A DNA stretch of 63,955 bases, the filler included, from Bacteroidales bacterium (GTDB taxonomy: Bacteria > Bacteroidota > Bacteroidia > Bacteroidales > CAIWKO01): assembly GCA_035389045.1 (NCBI GenBank). It is 7 parts of 7 records of this genome, joined end to end, with 100 filler letters (N's around TTAATTAATTAA, not from the genome) between each part and the next. Parts side by side here need not be neighbours in the genome. Positions count along the whole stretch, not along the records: positions 57,722 to 63,955 come from DAOORA010000115.1; 6 more parts are not named here. One strand, written 5' to 3'. Under the pieces are notes generated by a model. It was not told where the DNA came from. It saw only the letters and a list, made by a program, of their open reading frames with translations, and did no database searches. Position numbers and translations under genes: made by a program. Positions 59,227 through 63,955 of this stretch are shown in pieces. Within the stretch, counting starts at the first letter, position 1. Each line of letters opens with the position of its first letter.

Positions 59227-60840
59227 TCAATAAATAACATTAAACTTGGCGCGGACACCTACCCTCACTTCAAGGTTATAAAAGGAATAGAATTTTACTA
59301 TTTGTGTGCCGCTTTGCGCAGTTTTCAACGATGCCCTGACCAGTACTTTTTCAGTGGTTTTCAGATTTGTAAGGCGGCTTTTTACAAAGTGGCTTTCGGT
59401 AAGCTTGTGCGATGACTGATAAACCAGATAATCGGGCGACCCATCTGCCAATGCTGCTGTCAGTGATTGTTGAGCCGGTGTGAGCATGGAGTCGAGTACA
59501 TTATTGAATTTATCCATGAAATAAAGCTGTATGGTTGCATCTACCGGGAAACCGTTTGTAGTATTGATGCGGAAATCTATGTATTCTGCCGCATCAAGAT
59601 CTTCCCCCAGCTTAAAAGCTACGGTATCGGCAAGGATAAAATCCGAAGTTTTGCCAAAAAGCGGCAGCTCCACTTTTGCGTCGATATCGAAACGGCTGCC
59701 CGCTAACGCGAAATTACTGGCCGGAGCCCCCGATGGGTTCGACATTCCGGATATATCAGTAACAAACCATTGGGGTGAAATAGCTACCGCATCCCATACA
59801 TTGCTGTTTGATTTCGTAAGGTGGAAAGAATCAATGGCTGCCTGACCGGCAGACGGTGCAGCGCTGATGTCCCATGGAACAGGAATACCTGTTACCGCGA
59901 CATCATAAGGAGGATTATAGCCGGAAGTGGAATGAAAATTATTCAAATTAATGCGGATGGGCATTCCGAATGAATTTGAAGAGTAAAAATGTATCATGGG
60001 GTTTTCAAAATCTATGAAACCGTGAATATTGCTATTAAACATCCGGATTTCGACGGAATCACCGGGCAAATAAAACCCCGTCTGTTTGAAATCCCCCAGT
60101 ATCTTGCTGAATGACAAGCCATTGAAAGACTCCCCGAGGTTTATGGTGTAGGGCGAATTGTTGGGATTCCCGTTTCCGTGCAAGGTTACCGTATAGGTAA
60201 TATGAAGCACATTTTTATTCATCCCGCTGTTATCGAAAATTATTTTATAACCGTTCAGGTTAAAGCCTGAATTTATTGTTTGTCCATAAATATAATCAAT
60301 GTCTTTGCTGAACGGCACACCGTTGAGCGTTGCTGAAGGGATGGCGATATTAATTGTCGCATTATGATTCAGATTGGAGGAATTTACAATAAAACTGAAC
60401 ATACCGGTATCCAGATCGATTTCGTCAACGATGATGTTATTCGGCGCCAGAAAAGCGTAATCAATGGTATAAGGGATGGCGGTTACATCGAAACCATAGG
60501 GTAATGAGCCGGTCACATTAAAGGTATATGACGAGTTTATATTCTGATCAGGGAAAGCAAATAACTCCTGTGCGGTTCGCGAATAAACCTTATTCCAGTA
60601 AACCAGATAAAGAAAATTGGTGCCGTTTTCAACAAAAAGATTGTCATGATCGTAGTCATTGAGAATGTCTTTCATGGACAGGTTCGAATATATAGCAGGA
60701 ACGGCGACATCGGGGTCCCATTCACCATGTTGTTCAAGCAGGTCCATGTCAAACCGGTCTTTGTAGCAAGACATAGCGCCGGATGCGATTAAAAGGAGCA
60801 ACAACAGCTTTTTTAACGGGTGGAGTTTACTTATACTCAT
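59227..60840 (-). CDS. Hypothetical lipoprotein paired with the DUF5723-like gene
   Basis: Lipobox AMS-C; WDPDVAVP; VELPL.G; TNGFPVD; TATATTTG at 60864-60871. Confidence 0.75.
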   Translation of the reverse strand: MSISKLHPLKKLLLLLLIASGAMSCYKDRFDMDLLEQHGEWDPDVAVPAIYSNLSMKDILNDYDHDNLFVENGTNFLYLVYWNKVYSRTAQELFAFPDQNINSSYTFNVTGSLPYGFDVTAIPYTIDYAFLAPNNIIVDEIDLDTGMFSFIVNSSNLNHNATINIAIPSATLNGVPFSKDIDYIYGQTINSGFNLNGYKIIFDNSGMNKNVLHITYTVTLHGNGNPNNSPYTINLGESFNGLSFSKILGDFKQTGFYLPGDSVEIRMFNSNIHGFIDFENPMIHFYSSNSFGMPIRINLNNFHSTSGYNPPYDVAVTGIPVPWDISAAPSAGQAAIDSFHLTKSNSNVWDAVAISPQWFVTDISGMSNPSGAPASNFALAGSRFDIDAKVELPLFGKTSDFILADTVAFKLGEDLDAAEYIDFRINTTNGFPVDATIQLYFMDKFNNVLDSMLTPAQQSLTAALADGSPDYLVYQSSHKLTESHFVKSRLTNLKTTEKVLVRASLKTAQSGTQIVKFYSFYNLEVRVGVRAKFNVIY

Positions 60841-60937
60841 AGCAAGAACATTATTTTATTTAGCAAATATATGGTAAAATTATTAAAAAGCAAAGCATTT
60901 ATAGTGAATAAAAGCAGCCTGAGAGTTCCCTGCAGGT

Positions 60938-63655
60938 TCAATCAATAATATAATTGAGCAGCAGGCTGCTGTCGGCGGCAAGAATACTGTTGGAGTTTTT
61001 CCCGAACAGATTGCTCAGTTCAAAGAATGGGTTGCTCAATATATAATTCTTGTATTCGAAAAATCCTTTATTGTTTAAAAATACTAAATGCGAACAATCT
61101 GTACTGGGAAAAACGATCTGGAATTTATTATTAATTTTTTTATACAATGGACTGGCAGCAGGATCCCCGCCTGTTTCAGCTTCAAAGATCTTTTTTTTGC
61201 CGTGATCATATACAATTGCTTTTCCCTTGTCGAAAAAAATAAAGTCATCTTTTTTATCCATGTTAAAATCTCCTGTCAGGAAAAAATGGTTTTCAGAGAA
61301 AAATCTCAATGTGACAATATCGATTTTTCCGTTTTCGGAAATAAAAACTAACTTTCCTTTTCTGTCGGTAGTAAGCAGATACTGTTTTTTCTGGATATTA
61401 TGAACATAAAACCGGCTGTTTTTTGCCTTGATGAAATCTTTAGTGCTTTTAATGACCAGGTTTCCCTTCCGGTTGATAAAGTATACTTTTCCGTTTTTAT
61501 CAGTGGCAATTAAAATATCTTTATCCTTAAATCTGAAATATTCAACAGGCTTTTTCAATACGGCTCCCGTGCGAAAATTATTCCATCCCGGAGTCGGCTT
61601 TCCATCAACCAGATAGTTGTATATTATTTGGTTTTCGCAAGGGATGATGATCCTGTAATCATTCTTTCCCTGATAATCGATGAGTGTGATTGCCGTGCTG
61701 GCCGGATAGGGCAGTTTTACCGGGCTGAATTCCGGCATTTTGCCGTCAGGTTCAAAAATATATATATGGTTTTTGGTGTTAAAAACAAGGTAAAACTTAT
61801 TGTTTTTTTTAAGATTGGCGATAAAAACTTTGCTTAACGGGGGTTCTTTGATATTTTTTTTCCAGATAAGCTGCCCGTTCCGGTTAAGCATATAAAGGTT
61901 GCCTGCCACATCGAAAAAAAGTATCTTCTTTGTGCTGTCGCGCGGATCGGTAATTACCGATATATTACCACTAATTGTGGTGTCGGCGTTGTATTCCCAT
62001 ACCGATGGATTTTCTTCAATATATTCCTTGTTATGACGGACGTAAGCATTCAGAAAGAATTTATTTTTATCAGTCGTAAGCTGAAACGCAAGCGCCTGAA
62101 AATTTTTCAGAAATACCTCATTGGAATTGAACGCATCACTGAGTTTTCTATTGAACATTGGCGTTAATAGTCTGAAACTCCTGCGGATATTTGTATACAG
62201 GCAAAAATTGGTTTTGTCCGAAACATTGTCTGAAAAATTAATGTAGTTTTGATTTTTTTCCAGAGTTTTACCCGAAAGATACGCGGAAACATACATATCC
62301 AGCGAAACAGGAGATTCACCGATAACCACATAGTCATTGATCGTTGTGTAATATGCCGTGTCCAGGTGTGTGAACAGTCCGCCAAAGAAATCTTTTAAGA
62401 AATGTAACGGTCGTAATTTCCTGATGGCAAAAGAGTCACGGTTGACCTGACTACGTTCGTCAGGAGCGGAAGAAATATTTTTCAAAGCATTCCGGAATTC
62501 ATCTATTTGCCTGGCCCTGAAAATCCCATAGTATCTGTAAGGGTTTGAAGTATTGGGATTTTCGGTGATGATAAGGGCATACTGGTTCCCGATGTGCTGC
62601 AGAAAATCTTTGTTTATGTCGATATTGTATGTTGTGTCATAATAAGAACACATATCCGAAAAGGAGCGCTTATGGAAATTTGAGGCCAAAAAATCCGTGT
62701 AATTTCTGATATAGTTCAGGGTGTTTTCTGTTCCCCAGAAGGTCATCATGGCCGTATTGGCCGGGCAGATAGCTGTAAGTTCGATTTGCTGTGGGGTCTG
62801 ATTTCTGAACACTTTGTTCAGCATTTGTCCGGGATCGCCGGTTATGGCATAGCCGGTAAAAAGCAATTCATTATTTTTCACAGTCAGATCCAGCGATGCC
62901 ATATCGCCTGAAAGTGACAACTGTTTTAGTATGGCTGAATGTTTTCCCGATAAAAAACGTGAAATCAGATTATCTACATAATTGTTTTTGATAAAGATAT
63001 TGGCGTCGACTTTTTTGCCGGATGACGCATTGAGCCTGGTAAAGCCGGGATTGTTCTCTATACTTATTTCAGTGAGCAGGGCGCTTAAGGATGTCTCGAC
63101 CAGGCCGGAGGTCTCGGCTATGATAAATATGCCCTTGTAAACGGTGTACGCACAAAGGATTTTATTGGCCTTATGAATTTCATAAATCTCATTTTCCAGA
63201 AACCGATGAGTGGTAAAAACAGTGCCGGACGAAAAATGTTTGTGCATGAAATCATCTATCAGTTTTTCCTGGTGCGGGCCGTTCATGTTTATGGTATACA
63301 GGCAGCGATATTCGGCCCTGTCGGGTGCCCAGGCAATGTACAACGGATTTTGGGTGAAAATCTGTACAATATCATAATTGTTCTTTGCCAGGGAATCCAT
63401 CAGCAGAATCTTTGAATTTAATTCACTGGCAAAACTCAGGCACAGTAATTCTTTCCAGATTTGGTTTTTGCTGTTGATCCTTTCCCAGAGCGCCAGGGTG
63501 TTTCTGACTTCTATCAGGCAGACGGTGCTTTCGGGTATTGCTTTTATTGCGGGGATGACAGGGTCTTTTAATCTTTTTATATAAGAGTATCCGAAGAACA
63601 GGGCTACAATAATGCTAATTGCTGCTACTGAAATCAGCGCGTATTTTTTTATCAT
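60938..63655 (-). CDS. Membrane-anchored DUF3352-like protein with C-terminal beta-propeller region
   Basis: N-terminal TM; AIKAIPES; LYMLNRNGQLIWK; GDFNMDKKDD. Confidence 0.65.
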   Translation of the reverse strand: MIKKYALISVAAISIIVALFFGYSYIKRLKDPVIPAIKAIPESTVCLIEVRNTLALWERINSKNQIWKELLCLSFASELNSKILLMDSLAKNNYDIVQIFTQNPLYIAWAPDRAEYRCLYTINMNGPHQEKLIDDFMHKHFSSGTVFTTHRFLENEIYEIHKANKILCAYTVYKGIFIIAETSGLVETSLSALLTEISIENNPGFTRLNASSGKKVDANIFIKNNYVDNLISRFLSGKHSAILKQLSLSGDMASLDLTVKNNELLFTGYAITGDPGQMLNKVFRNQTPQQIELTAICPANTAMMTFWGTENTLNYIRNYTDFLASNFHKRSFSDMCSYYDTTYNIDINKDFLQHIGNQYALIITENPNTSNPYRYYGIFRARQIDEFRNALKNISSAPDERSQVNRDSFAIRKLRPLHFLKDFFGGLFTHLDTAYYTTINDYVVIGESPVSLDMYVSAYLSGKTLEKNQNYINFSDNVSDKTNFCLYTNIRRSFRLLTPMFNRKLSDAFNSNEVFLKNFQALAFQLTTDKNKFFLNAYVRHNKEYIEENPSVWEYNADTTISGNISVITDPRDSTKKILFFDVAGNLYMLNRNGQLIWKKNIKEPPLSKVFIANLKKNNKFYLVFNTKNHIYIFEPDGKMPEFSPVKLPYPASTAITLIDYQGKNDYRIIIPCENQIIYNYLVDGKPTPGWNNFRTGAVLKKPVEYFRFKDKDILIATDKNGKVYFINRKGNLVIKSTKDFIKAKNSRFYVHNIQKKQYLLTTDRKGKLVFISENGKIDIVTLRFFSENHFFLTGDFNMDKKDDFIFFDKGKAIVYDHGKKKIFEAETGGDPAASPLYKKINNKFQIVFPSTDCSHLVFLNNKGFFEYKNYILSNPFFELSNLFGKNSNSILAADSSLLLNYIID

Positions 63656-63955
63656 TATTCCTTTATCATTCCTTGAATATCTCATAAAAAATTAAAAGAG
63701 TAAAAGTACAATAAAAACTTTTTGATGAATGATTCCTTTTATCAGAAGGTTAAATCTTTTTTGAGGTACCAATGTTAAATAAATATTCCTTATTTTGCTT
63801 CGTAACCCTCGGAAAAAATAAAGATTTATGTTAAGCAGGGTGATGGGAATGGGCAAAGTACAGGCAGGGCGGCGAGAAATTTTTTACAATTATTTGTATA
63901 TTTTTCTATTGTACTTTTTGTCTTGAAACAAAAAGTACCAAAAAATTCAAGAAAA

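Overview
This window is seven contigs of a Bacteroidota (probably Bacteroidales-like) draft genome or MAG. They are joined by artificial 100-bp linkers (N44-TTAATTAATTAA-N44), so adjacency across linkers has no biological meaning. Contig 1 holds tRNA-Leu(CAG), a Septu/PtuAB-like ATPase + HNH pair, a decayed Zn-finger gene, and a ~2,850-aa T9SS-secreted protein with six cohesin-like + Ig modules, 11 Big_2-like repeats and a dockerin-like domain. Contig 2 holds the 3' end of an rRNA operon. The 5S 3' end plus terminator recurs three more times, twice at 191-bp spacing and once 4.5 kb away, bracketing a three-gene cargo; this is a candidate 5S-targeted integration array. An ActP-type symporter locus follows. 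Contig 3 is an AT-rich island with a group IIC intron remnant, an att-like remnant, and J-domain-like, WD40 and T9SS genes. Contigs 4-7 are mostly housekeeping and envelope genes (sucC, lolD, bamD-rpoZ-coaBC-recN). They also carry hicBA, a possible solo integron-type cassette, REP-like palindromes, and a DUF1566 gene whose 3' end has the codon signature of a DGR variable region. All family calls come from motif recognition by eye, not database searches.
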